Below are positions 23,389-35,590 of a stretch of 64,000 nt of DNA, one piece after another. The stretch's first letter is position 1. Each line of letters opens with the position of its first letter. The stretch covers positions 23,996,001-24,060,000 of the forward strand of contig OZ249436.1 of the NCBI GenBank assembly GCA_965235115.1, in the 5' to 3' direction. The position numbers were made by a program, and so were the translations under genes. The DNA comes from Laetmonice hystrix (lineage: Eukaryota). The notes below the pieces were generated by a model, which was not told the origin of the DNA, ran no database searches, and was given only the letters and a program-made list of their open reading frames with translations.

Positions 23389-24830
23389 ATGGCAGCCCTG
23401 TTGGTCTTGCAAGAAGATCAGAAGCTCAGTGATCAAGAAATAATATCCATGTACAGATTAAACCGAACAGCTATCTTGGATCCAGTGCTTGCCGTTTGAA
23501 ATCTTTACGGGAGCGATCCATCACTCTCCTTGGTTATCCGAGGAGAGCTAAATCACTCTCCTAGAAATCGTTCCTGTCCCACGTTTGGGTATTTCCAGGT
23601 AAACTCAGGGTAGTTTATAAGGCTTGGCATATATATAAAGAGGTCCTGGGAGCCGTCTAGGAAATGATTGACTCATTAATGACTGAGGGACAAGGAGGAG
23701 ACAGAGAGCGTTTTTGAGGTTGCCTCAGACATGGCTGAGGGTTCACATCAGTCAGTGAAGTTGAGGGGCGCGATAAACAGCGCTTCTGAAACAGGTTTTG
23801 CGGGCGCTTAGGGGCGCAAGCGCGATCGCGCCCGTCAAACGGCAAGGCCTGAATCTGTGCAATTTGCTCCATGAACACCCAACAGCCCGTAGCGACGCAT
23901 TGTCCACGAGCACCCAAGCCTTCACGGCCTTGCGGTACCTGGCAACAGGCAGCTTTCAGCAGGTCGTGGGTGACACCCATGGGATAAGCAAGTCATCCGT
24001 ATCTCGAACACTCCATCAGTTCACTGAGGCACTGTGTGAACATGCACGTGAATACATCACTTTTCCTAGCCAGGCACAGGAATGGCAATCAATTATACAG
24101 GACTATGAACTGTCAGGCTTTCCGAACACAATAGGTGCCATAGATGTGCCCATCATAGCTCCATCAGAGGATGAACATTTATATGTATGTAGGAAAGGCT
24201 ACCACGCCATTAATGTTCAAGCCTTATGTGATACTCACCTCCAATTCACAGATATCGTGGCAAGATAAGTTTGAAGATGGGCAGTACAATGGCTGGCTGG
24301 TTGGTGATTCCGGTTACCCAATACGGCCATATATGATGACACCCTTCACAAACCCAATGACACCACCACAAGAACGGTACAATGCTGCACAAATGAGGGC
24401 AAGGAATGTCATTGAAAGAACTTTCGGTATCCTCAAGATGCGCTTTCGCTGTCTGAGCAAAACAGGTAAAGTTCTTTTACATATGCCACAAAAATATGAA
24501 TATCAGCCAAAGATATTGAAATAATGGTATAATGAATGGTGCCAATTTTATTTTAATCAGACAATCATTTTACCAGGATCACTCTTTACACGAACTTTCT
24601 AACAGTGTAAAACATTTTGCCTATGATTTCAGGTGGATGTCTCTTGTTCTCACCCCAACGATGTTTGCGTGTCATTGTAGCGACATGCATTCTACACAAC
24701 ATCTGCATCAAAATGGGCCTCCCAAATGATGAAGAGAGGTGGCAAGTTGCTGATGAAGAAGGACAAGATAGAGATGGTGGATTAGATGCTGACGGATAGA
24801 TGGACGGGCAGTTAGGGATGAGGTTGTGAG
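23389..24830 (+). pseudogene. HARBI1-like DDE transposase
   Basis: TALRYLATGSFQ, GFPNTIGAID, RKGYHAINVQ, LVGDSGY, RNVIERTFGILKMRFRCL, CILHNICI. Intron at about 24467-24632; a 369-bp CAG...CTG insertion at 23483-23851. Confidence 0.88.
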
Positions 24831-25391
24831 GGGTGGATTTACCCATTGAATTGTTACTGGGAAGTAACCCCAGGATTTCCATGTGTTACTTTGTCATCAT
24901 GATGACATGTGGAATAAACATATGTTCCAACACGGGCTGTAGAGACATTTCTTGTCTTACTATTAGAGGATGACCATGTTACAGTTACATTTATCACCCA
25001 ATCCCGGGTGGGGGGGGGGGGGGTCATAGTAAAGTGCATCAATGTTCATGAGATTTATTTCCAGACAAGCCAGTACCAGGATCCATCATGGATCAGGACC
25101 ATTCATACATGATATAATTAGCCAGTGTCATAGTAGGATCATTTACCCTGTTTACCCTGCATTAACATTGTTGGTTTATTGCACATTCCATCACTGAACT
25201 TAAAAATAGAAATAAAATAGCAATAAAATACAATAAAATAAAAACATAAATAAAATACAATAAGAAAATAAAAATAAATAAAATAAAAACGAAAATAAAA
25301 TAAGAAAATAAAAATGAAAATAAAAAGCTGGCTTTTTCAAATATAAGTCTCATGACTGGAGTGCTCGACAATGACAGACATGCTAACAGTC

Positions 25392-27949
25392 TCATGGTTG
25401 GGGTCGGTCCACGGCTTCATGGATAAGTCTCAAGTATTCCACTGCTTCCCTCATCACTGACAGTTTCTGTCTTTCAATGTCAAGCCGTTGCCTCTCCACC
25501 ACAGAATAGGTAGATACAGAAGTTTCACTGTCATTGAGCTCTATTGTGACGTTACATTCAGTCAGCCACCTAGCGGCGTGGATGACGGTAGCCCAGAAAC
25601 GGCCGGCCCCAACAGCCGCCCAGGCAAAATGCACGACTTTTAAGACGGTGCACACTCTATCACAATACAATCTAAACAAGTATGGTATCATTCCCTTCCT
25701 CATACAATTTCCTTTCATAGTATATAGGTGACTTTTCTTTTAAACACATTATTTTGCTGTTACGAGAGTGTGAATAAGAACATTTGAAGAAATCTTTTAC
25801 ACAAACTGTTCGCCTCGGTACATTTGCCAATAATGTAGTGAAACCCCTAGACTCTGAAGGCTAAAAAAGTTAAGATATACAGTCTGAATCCCCATAACAT
25901 TAGCTTTGTGTCAATACCAAATTTGTCAAGATAATTTATATAGGCCTACCACAAATATAATCCTGAAAAGAACTGCTGAATTTAAAAAAAACACCATTAA
26001 TTGCCTTGAGGCCTAAAATCACGCAACGTGACGTCGAATAACCGCTGAAGATGGTAAGAAGCATGACAGTCAGTGTCTATAGAACGAGAGCTGGGGAGGT
26101 GTAGGCAGTCCAAAGGTGGTTGGTATAGGGCTATCTATGTAGGCCTATACTATGTATAATGTAGTTCATACTGATCTGATGACAAAATCGTCAGTAAATC
26201 TAGTCACAACTGCCAGTTGTGGCAGATTGAGAGATCTTTGCGGGTCGCTTTAGAGCGCTGCTGCTCAAAAACCTGTACTGGCCGGGTGGCTTGGCCTTGG
26301 GCTGGACGTCAACACGTCCTCGTAATCCGCACTGGCTACAATTTTATAGCCTGGATTGGATCTGTTTGTGCTTTTATTGTCACTTGTGACATCATAGTAT
26401 AGTTAACTACGTATTTTGATACTTGATATTACAATGTTACACTATCAAAAAGACAGTGTGTGCCTCGTTAAATCAGTGTCTGTTACGTCATAGAGAAGAC
26501 GTGCGGAACAACAGACAGAAGAAGGCTAGATCTAACGTAGACTGCACTATTTTTCTCTCTAGCTCTCGTTTTATGATAAGATAAATTAAAATACTACAGA
26601 AGCAGAGATTACAAAGGTCAGCAGATATTCTCAGAAAATTACAGCATTATAATACATCAGATTCTGTAAACATCACTGTAGCCTACAGAGTACAGTGCAG
26701 CCCCTGATCCACGGCTACACTGTGCAGAGCTTAGATTCTGCTGGATATTTAACGTCATTAACAAAGTTTTGGGAACTTTTAAATTTCCAAACAAACCTTG
26801 CTGTATCCAAAACTATAAGGAGTCTCGCTAAAAGAAGGGCATTTGTGAAGACCTTACGATGTGGGGAATAATTCTGGAAACTTTTTTGTATAGGTCGTCG
26901 CGACCGATTTTGCGTGGCAAGCACTGCTAGGTAGAACGTTTTTCTAGGTCACAAGTTTTACGGGGTTTTTAATACTTTTTTGATGGTTTTCAAATGGCCG
27001 TAAGAAAAAGAATTCTTTGATCTACTTGTATAAATTTCAGACTAGACAATTATCTCTAGTTTTCTTTGCAACAATTTCCAAGTGAATTGATTCATTATTT
27101 CCACCGCGGGGGCGTTTTAAGCACCCAAGGTGAGAAAAACTAAGCTTTTAGTCCCCAACGTAGAGCCAGCAGCGTCATCCACCCCGATAGTTGGCGCTGC
27201 GATGGCCTAGAACGCATTTTGACGTAAGTGAAACCTCTGTATGTAGGGTACTCTGTGTCTCCACTTCTAGCCGCTGTTTTTCCACATCGAGGAGGCTCTC
27301 ATATTCACAGTGTTCAGGCTGTCCTCTCTTCCTCTTTATGGGCGGTGGGCCTCCTTGAACATCATCTCCACGAGTTGGGCTCTGAGCAACAGAGGATGCT
27401 GCACTGACAGCTTTGGAGGATGATGGTGTGACAGTGCTGGGAGTGAATCCGGTTGGCCTTGATTTGCTGCATCCAGTATCAGTCATGTCAATATTACCAT
27501 CTCTTCCATGTCCAGCATTGTCTCCAGTGTCATCTTGATTCACAGCTTACATGTGGGGAGGTGGTTCTCTGATGTCACTGGTGTCAATGGCACCAGGGAT
27601 TTCATCCAGCGCTACCACTCCCATGATGTCTAGGGTCTTTTGCTCCAAGGTTGGCAATGGGGGTGGCTGCGGCCCACCACCAGTAGCCCTTGCACATCTT
27701 TTTCTTTCAGCCTCCTTTGTCTTAGTGCATTTTTTATAGTGCTGCCACTTCTTACAGACCTCAGCCCCAGTGCGTGTGACCTTGCTGACCGCGTTGACCT
27801 TCGTGGCTATTTCTGCCCATGCTTCTTGCTTGGCCTTGTTGGTCACTGTCGAACACAGGCTACTGAATAGCAAATCTTTTTTCGGCCCGACTTCCTCAAC
27901 GAGGACCTCAATTTCGGTTTGAGTAAAGACTGCCTTTTTCCCCTTGGAC
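25392..27949 (-). pseudogene. Harbinger Myb/SANT-like DNA-binding protein, interrupted
   Basis: FTQTEIEVLVEEV...KQEAWAEIATKVNAVSKVTRTGAEVCKKW...ATGGGP; C-terminal coiled coil LLDVEKQRLEVE / VERQRLDIERQKL split by an insertion at about 25510-27250. Confidence 0.82.
25720..27150. repeat. Dispersed non-coding repeat family (copies at about 45130-46050 inverted and about 51890-52242)
   Basis: Shared blocks such as ttgcaacaatttccaagtgaattgattcattatttccaccgcg and gagtctcgctaaaa. Confidence 0.7.
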
Positions 27950-30049
27950 ATTCCCCTGTTGGCAACACTGCTTCTCTTGTCTGTTTTTGCTTCTCCACTT
28001 CCACACCTTATTTTCAATGGTGTAAGCTACACGTGAGAGGGTTGATCAGCGACCAGTCGCAGCTTTGCGAGAGGGTCACCTGTTTGTGGTTGTGTTTTGT
28101 GAAACGCAGGCAGTCGCTCACTGCGATCACTCGTTAGAAGTCAGTCACGAATCTGCGAGCGCTTTGTGAAACGCGCCCCTGGTAAGCCTGGAAAAGGAGA
28201 GACCTGAGAAAGACGAGTGGCTGTCCTGGGCTGCCTATCATGCCAGCCTACAAAATGCAGAGGTTCAAGCCTGGAACTGGAAATTAATGAAGCCAGAAAG
28301 GAGTTCTCCTAGAATATTCCTCCCACACAAGCAGCTCTGACACAAAGCGTGCCAGTATGCAGGGTCAAAGCTGGATCAAAGCAACTGATCTGGACCAGCA
28401 GTTACCAAATCCAGGTGACTATGGGTGGAGCAAAGACAATGATGGTTGGCAGCCACTCTGGACGACACTTCCTCAGGCACAGCAGACCTGTTATGAACTC
28501 AAATGTAAATGTGCAAGGGCAGCTCTAAAATGCACCGCACTCTGTGCATGTTCAGGGGACTGCTAAACATGCGTCTATCGTGCAACACCTACACTTGAAG
28601 AACAGGTGTATTGTCTTGGGACTCTGGACAGTGACACTGCCAGTTAACATTAATTACTGCTTCTCGTTCTCAATAGTGGAAATAGCCTTCGGGTTCATTT
28701 CTCGATTGTTTGTATTTATCCATTCCTCTGCTGGCACGACCTAGCACCCTAAATGTAACCATGGTTTGAGGTACCAAGATCGCTCGTGGTCAGATCCAGA
28801 AAATAATATGAATGTTCCCACATTTTACATTTTCAGTAAATTTGACTTATTATATGACCTTGACTTTTACTTTCAGGGAAATCCATGGTCATATCTCGAG
28901 CCTCTCTGTATGACCAAACTCCAATGGGTCATTTTTAATCAATACGATCTGCGAGTGAAGTGGCCAGAAAAGGGGCAAAAATCTACTCAATGTCCACATG
29001 ACCTTAATTTTGACCGTTGAAGGTTACCCAGGGTCAAATGTAAGGCCATAATCTGATAGTCATAAATAACTTCCTGTGACCATTCAAAAGTATACTAGTA
29101 AACAACAACTACATTTCTGCCAGATTAAAAGGGTAAATGCACTAAAATCCCTGTGACCCTGACCCTGATCTTTCAAGGTCGCCAAGGTCAAATTCAATAC
29201 ACTAGCTTTAGAGTCATATATGACTTTCTATAGGTCACTGATGTTATAGTAAGGTCTGTCTTCAAGGAGAAAGTCGCTAACTGCAGGAAAACCACACATG
29301 ATCAAGAGCTAAATGTTGAAGGTCACTCAAGGTCACCAAAGGTCACGCCGAAGGTGGTTCCACATCTGAAAGTCATCTACAGCTGTTTTGTGGAAAGTTT
29401 CATGCTTTTATCATAAAATGCACAATTGTTCGGCTTATCTGCTCCACTTGTACCCTAAGTTAAGACCTTATACAGAACAATTGTGTATTTTGTTATAAAA
29501 GCATGAAATTTTGTATAAAGTAACCTGGGACCATAATCTTTATTTTGAGATAGGGAGGCATCCTGGATCCTGCCTGTGAGGGTTGTTTTATGGTCCTGTT
29601 GCCTAGCAACAGTAACATGCTTAGCAACTGACCTCATATAGTTCCAAGGAGAAAAAGAAACACACCTACCCACACTAAAGTCATATCAAGGGTTAACCTG
29701 GTAATAGTAATCATTCCGTAGCAACTTCCTTAGCAACGGGCTACCCCACCCTAATAAATGTAGCTTTAGGCAGAGAAACCAGAGCCCCCCCCCCCCCCAG
29801 TGAGTAGCCTAAACAGTCAAATAAAAGTGGCATATACTAGGCCTATGCACATATCAACAGGGCCGTAGTTAGAAATTTCTGAGCGTGGGGGCAGTCAGGG
29901 GCGGTTACAGGAATTTGGTAAAGGGGGTGTCCCCCATGATGCGAGGCGCATTCGGGACATTCTGGCAGGACAATGTCCCTTGGAGGATCTATTCACAAAC
30001 CTCAAAGGAAGAACAAGGTTCGCAAAACTAGATCTGTGACACGCGTATG

Positions 30050-30325
30050 AACAATTCTGCCTGAATGAGGAGTCAAAAAATTACATGGTGATAAACACAC
30101 ATAAAGGGTTGTTTCAATATCAGAGACTGACCTATGGTGTTTCGTCAGCTCCTGCGATTTTCCAAAAGGCACTGGAAAATCCCCAACAAGGCATTCCACA
30201 CACAGGAAATTGGCTCGATGATGTCATAGTAATGGAACACGGAGACAAGGAGCAGGATGAGAATTTATGGGAAGTTCTCAACTGGCTGCAGATGGCCGGT
30301 CTTAGACTGAGGGAAGACAAGGGAT
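30050..30325 (+). pseudogene. Gypsy reverse transcriptase fragment
   Basis: INTHKGLFQYQRLTYGVSSAPAIFQK...WLDDVIV...LQMAGLRL. Confidence 0.85.
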
Positions 30326-30406
30326 AAACTACTATTATGGTTATAGACGGATGGAAATATTGTGAATGCATAGGATAGGGGAATGGGTACAAGCGGGAAG
30401 GGGGCC

Positions 30407-30734
30407 TGTATAATTAAGTGATTATATTTTGTCTAGCCACGTAGATCACGTCATGCTTTTATCCAGTTAAAAGTGTACACGCTTCCCTCACGATAGAGCA
30501 TTATTTAGGACGCATGCGCAATTAAAATAGGAGGCGGGGACATGAGAAGAATTGGGATATAAATATATGTATTGGATTGATAATAAAGGAGAGAGAGTAG
30601 AGTGGAGAGATTGGCGACTACTGTATGTGAGTTTGCGTTGTTCCATCCCCAACGACTGGGAGGCCGGCCGCTGAGCTAGGAATATGGCAGTCTTGGCTTA
30701 GCTGGCCGGCACCTCAAACATTATATACTTTACA
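30407..30734 (+). mobile_element. LTR (TGTA...TACA, 328 bp) of env-bearing gypsy element
   Basis: Preceded by polypurine tract AAGCGGGAAGGGGG (30391-30404); contains TATAAA and AATAAA; followed by PBS TGGCGCCCGA (30736-30745, tRNA-Lys-like). Confidence 0.75.
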
Positions 30735-30844
30735 CTGGCGCCCGAGGAGTGTGGCTGACGGGCGGCCACACTGGCCTGAACCCGGGAGGAGAATGGCCGA
30801 CGCGGCCCGTCACCGTGAGCGTCACCTGGCCGGATTCCTCCGTG

Positions 30845-31927
30845 ATGTGGCCTCCACGGATTATTTTGACCGATCAAGGTATCGAGTTTAAAGGTGTCGA
30901 AATGGCGGCATATATGAGGTCGATGGGGATCGAACACAGGAGGTCTACACCATTTCACCCCCAAACCAACGGCCGGTTGCAGCGGGCCCATCGTTCATTA
31001 AAGGGGATTCTGCGGGAACTTACTGACACCAGAGCTGAGGAATGGGAGGACTGTCTGGCGGGTGCTCTCATGGCGTATCGTTGCACGCCCGGTGTCAGTG
31101 GGTTCACCCCCTATTTTTTGTTGTACGGCAGGACTCCTGAAGCTCCTACCCAGCGGTTGCTGCACCCACCCCCTGATGCGGAGCGGGACGCGGTGTTGCG
31201 CTTTGACCATCTCGCCACAGCGTTTCAGCAAGCTACGCGGGACACGAGGGAGTCGAGGACTCACAACTATGCGCGGCTGACACGTCAGGCGAATGCCGCC
31301 CCTTTATCAGTGGGAGATTTTGTTGTTTTGAAGGTGTCTGAGCGGGTGACACTCGACCCCCGCTGGGATCATCTGTACCTGGTGACAGCATTGCGGGACC
31401 CCGTTATCTCTATCACGGACCAACGTACCGGTCATCGGCGAGTGGTGAATAGGGACAAGCTGCTCCTTGTGGATGCCGATGACTGGGAGGGTGTACGGCC
31501 GAGGGTCAAGCAGGGCAGTCGCCCTCCACGCCGTACTGTGCCCCCTTCCCCTGATCAGGGATTGGCTCCTCGGGAACGTCCAAATATCAACTTGGACCGG
31601 GTGGCTCCGGGTGTTTTTGCGCGCCAGGGTACAACATTGGATCGCTCTGCCCCCTGACCGTCAACATTGCGGGCTCGAACCGGGCCCCAGCCGTCAACAT
31701 CAGATGCCGCTGCACCTTCTGTCGGGGTGCGTCCGGTGCCCATGGCCACGGGGGAGGGTGCGCCGTCAGAGACGCCCGTGGATACCGAACCGATTGGTAT
31801 GCGCACGCGTAAACGGTTACGTCAGCGGTTCAATGAGGGGGATCCCCGTTTAGTTAAGAGGCGTTGTTCTGAAGCGTTTCTTTCTGTCATAGCTGCCTTG
31901 TCACCATGGAATGCTCATTTTGTTTAG
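30845..31927 (+). pseudogene. Gypsy integrase core + C-terminal tail (gag/PR/RT/RH deleted)
   Basis: ILTDQGIEF...STPFHPQTNGRLQR (catalytic E changed to Q)...AYRCTP...TPYFLLYGR; in-frame stop at 31655-31657, frame continues to 31927. Confidence 0.88.
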
Positions 31928-33604
31928 CTGCGCTGCTGCTTTGTCAGTTTTGTTTCATGGATGTGTCGGGCCAACTTCGCCATCCTATACCGAACGGAGT
32001 CTTGTTGTCCCGCGACGCGGACGTGTGGGTGCTCAACGCCAGGTGGACGGTGGTTACTTCCATCTCCAGGCCCGAGGAGCCTCCCATGCTGGGATGGATC
32101 GCATTCGCCTTGGGCCGTCTTTCGGACGCTGCAGCGGTGGTCCCACCTGGTCATCGTGCAGTGATGGAGGCTAGGCTTCGTAGCCTGCAATTGTTATATA
32201 CGGATAATGATGTCTCCCCACCGTCATCACCCTCGCGTCTGAGGCGGGGATTGCTGGACTTCGTCGGCGAGCTGTCATCAGCACTGTTTGGTACCGCCAT
32301 GACGGGTCAGGTTGAGGCTGTTAGGCGACAACTTGCTTTGGCTGTCCGCCGGCAGGAGGTTTTATTTCGTGACCAAGTTAAGTTTGTATCGGTTTTGAAC
32401 GCTACGAGGTGGCAGGCGGTGCGTAACCATGGTGACATTGTTGTTTTGGCGGCGAATATTTCACGGCTTTTGGAGCAGGAAGATGTGCTGGCTTTTCGCC
32501 TGGATCAGCTGGAGGTGTGGATTTCTGCATATTTTGGAGCAGCTGGATCAACTTAGTATGATCGTCCAGCTACGTCGCCGGGCCTATGTTGCGGCCTGTG
32601 AAGCCATGAGGTCGGGCCACCTTTCCAGGGATGTAATAGAGGACGACCCTCTACAGGATATTTTGAATATTTTGTCGCGTCACGGTTTCATCATGCGATT
32701 AGACTGGTACAGAGCGTATACTCCTGTTCGCACCTTGTGGGATACTGCGGATTCCTTGACGTGTGTATTTACCTTGTGGTCTGCTGATGGGAAGCAGTAT
32801 GTGTTATGGTCTTTGAGACCACTGTGGTTCCGGAGTGGTGGTCTAGTGATTCGATATAGGACCCGCTCCCCTGTGATTACCGACGGAGTTTTTTCTACCC
32901 AGCTTGTGCCGGACCATTGCCAGGGTAATACTAACAAGATTTGTTTTGTTTCACAATCAGACTATGATACTTGTGAACTTGATCTTATCCAAGGCCGTCC
33001 TGTGACTTGTCCGTTTGACGTGTCCGCGACCGAGCGGCCCCACCTTGACTTTCTGGCGACTGGGGCATGGCTTGTTTCGGTAGCGCGGTGTGTGAACTTT
33101 ACCGTTCGTTGCCCAGATCGTGCGCCGCGAGACTTTGCTGTGTGTGAGCCGGAGAGGTGGAATATCTCCACCGAATGTGTTATTGACTGGCCTTTTGGCA
33201 GATCTATCCGTACTAGCCATTTGTTCTTGACTGTGGAACCAAGGTATTATGCGCCGTTGAAGTGGCATAACTTTTCAATTCCGTCGGTGAAGCGTCGGCA
33301 GATTTCAGCCGCTTTGGCCATGCATGCCCGTCTCATTGTTGATCCTCGAGCGGACTTATCAATCTCGTCGCCCAGTGTCGTTGCGGGTGGAATTGTTTTG
33401 GATAGTTTGCCTTTGACTTTATCTGCGGTGTCACTTTTTGTTGCTGTAGTAGCGAGTGTTGTCGCCTGTTATTGTTATATCCGATGTAACATTGATTCTG
33501 TGTGCTGCTGGGGAGGGCGGGGACAGGAGGCGGAGGCACGTCCGCCCCACCTGGATGATGTCGCTGCTGGTCTCGCTCTGCCATTGCCGGGGCCAGAGCA
33601 GTGA
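31906..33604 (+). pseudogene. F-type (errantivirus/baculovirus-F-like) envelope glycoprotein, one frameshift at about 32525
   Basis: Signal peptide; furin site RLRR then GLLDFVGELSSALFGTA fusion-peptide motif; heptads; Cys-rich ectodomain; TM LTLSAVSLFVAVVASVVACYCYI. Confidence 0.85.
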
Positions 33605-35364
33605 TCCATTACCGGGTCGCCGGGATATCTAGTAGTGGGGTTTATTTTGCTTGTTTTACTGGGGTTGTTTATGGTTTATGCTGGTTAGGTTGATGTATTG
33701 CGGGGGAAAGTTTTTGAGCAGCGAAACAGTTACTACAAAAAGCTCCAGTGCTGGTACACTATGACCCATCACAGCTGTATGGATTAGGCGCGGTCTTAGC
33801 GCACCCGGGAAAAAGCCAGGATGGGGTTATCTATCACTGATCAGTAGATGGGAATTATTGGAAAAAAACGTAATATTCCTTCCACCTGAAGAAAGTAGGC
33901 CTAAGTGTGCAGATTATTCAGAAGCCTGACACTGTTATGGACTCCCATGTTAAAACTTATGCCTTGTGCGAGCAATGTCATGTATTGTATAGCCATGTAG
34001 GACTACAGCATAGAGTGGCAGATTCAGGAGGGGGGATAGGGGGGCTTAAGCCCTCTCCCCGCATCTAAGAGGACTTACATACACCCCATCTAGCCCCTCC
34101 CCCCCCCACCCCGTTGCAAAACCCTGGATCCGCCTCTGAGCATGCCCCTAATATATTTTTCTGGACAAGCTGTTCATACCATTTGTATGCCCAGCACTGC
34201 AGTGTTGAGTTTTTTCAGCAACCAATAGCCCGGTGTAACAGGCCGGATTATAACCCCGGCCCAAAGTATACCGGGGTATAAAACCCATTAGAGGAAATTG
34301 TAGCGTCCTTGATCATGGATGATCGAAGAGTGTGTCTATAGAATATATCAATATCATGCGATACTTTCATATTTCTAAGTTCATGGGTCTAGGCCAGTTT
34401 ACACCCGGAGGTTATTCTGGGCTAGGCCAGAACATACCTCTAACCCATTTTAACCCCCCCCCCCAACCAGAAGAAGTGGAATAAGGGGAAGAAGAGGCAG
34501 AAGTAGAGGAAGATGAGGAATTAAGAAGAGGAAGAAGCAAAGGAAGAGGAAGAAGAAAACATGAAAAAGAGGAAGCAGAGCAATCAGCAGAAGAAAGGAG
34601 GAGAAAGAGAAGGAGAAGAAGACATTGGGCCAGGGGGATATAGTCTGGCCTATAGCCAAAAATAACCCCGGGGTGTAAACTGGACTAGGCCATGCAGAAT
34701 AGTTATTGTATGGCGGCCCATTATATACCCAGATTTGATCAGGAGGTTATTCGGGCCTTTCACACCTGGAGTAGGCAGCAGTGGAGAATCTAGGCCCAAC
34801 TAGCCAAAAATTTGTGTTTACTAACTCAAACTTTGTGGTCTGGCCCAGCAAGAACAGAAGTACACTTATAGCTGAGGTAGACTAAACATGATCTCTAGGG
34901 TGGCAGGCTTCTCAAAGTCATGGACAATGGAAATACACTTCTGTTTGAGAATTGTACGGATACACTGCATGCTGAAGAAATGAAGAAACTGATAGGCCTA
35001 TTGTGACTGACTTCAGTTTATTCTCTTACAGGAAGAGACAAGTGATCCAGTCGTCCCATTGACGAAGCGAGAGTCGCCAGTTTGACAACTTTTTGCCAGG
35101 CACCCTGGCAAGTCGCCATGTTGACAAGGCTAAACTTGTTACTTATAATGACCGTCACTTTGACAAGGGAAACCTTGTCTGATGAGGCGACGTCCCATTG
35201 ACAAGGCTAAACTTGTCAGTTTGACAAGTTTTCGTCAGGCACCCTGGCAGGTTGTCATGTTGACAAGGCTTAACTTGTTAATTTTATGACCGTCACTTTG
35301 ACAAGGCAAAACTTGTAACAGTAGAAGACTTTGTGACAAGTTTGAGGAGCTTGATTTTTTCAGT

Positions 35365-35590
35365 GAAGGAAGTTAACGCAAACGGAACGAAACTATGCGC
35401 AGCTAGACAAGGAAGGTTTGGCAATAGTGTTCGCAGTAAAGAAGTTTCACAAGTATGTGGCAGGTCGACATTTTGGAAATTCAGACGGATCACATACCAC
35501 TCCTGGGTTTGTTCGGAGAGAAGAAAGTACTTCCACAGATGGCTTCTCCACGAGTACAGAGATGGGCAATTACTCTAGCAGGGTATTGTA
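35365..35590 (+). pseudogene. Gypsy RNase H fragment
   Basis: [28 protein letters not shown]...TDH..LLGLFGE...[12 protein letters not shown]; probably the same element as the RT at 30050. Confidence 0.82.

Larger units (their letters stand above)
23221..28178. mobile_element. Decayed autonomous-type Harbinger transposon
   Basis: TIR GGGCGCGTTTCACAAAGCGCT; flanks CAG/CTG; convergent transposase and Myb-like genes. Confidence 0.9.
20600..29450 (+). mobile_element. Academ-like DNA transposon remnant (interrupted by Harbinger and others)
   Basis: Fragments AAWHKTCR...CFFC...GDMIA (20773-21190), AVDNID...SFHGT...PLPSSYTKVPP (22900-23220), WLSWAAYHAS, and LPNPGDYGW...CKCARAALKCTALCACSGDC (28182-28566, Cys8 finger); Academ-like terminal sequence at about 29400-29450. 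Confidence 0.7.

Noticed and set aside
25162..25395. Hydrophobic membrane-protein ORFs (also 34450-34659, 3311-3562)
   Set aside because: Translations of (AAAAT)n, GA-rich or T-rich low-complexity DNA.
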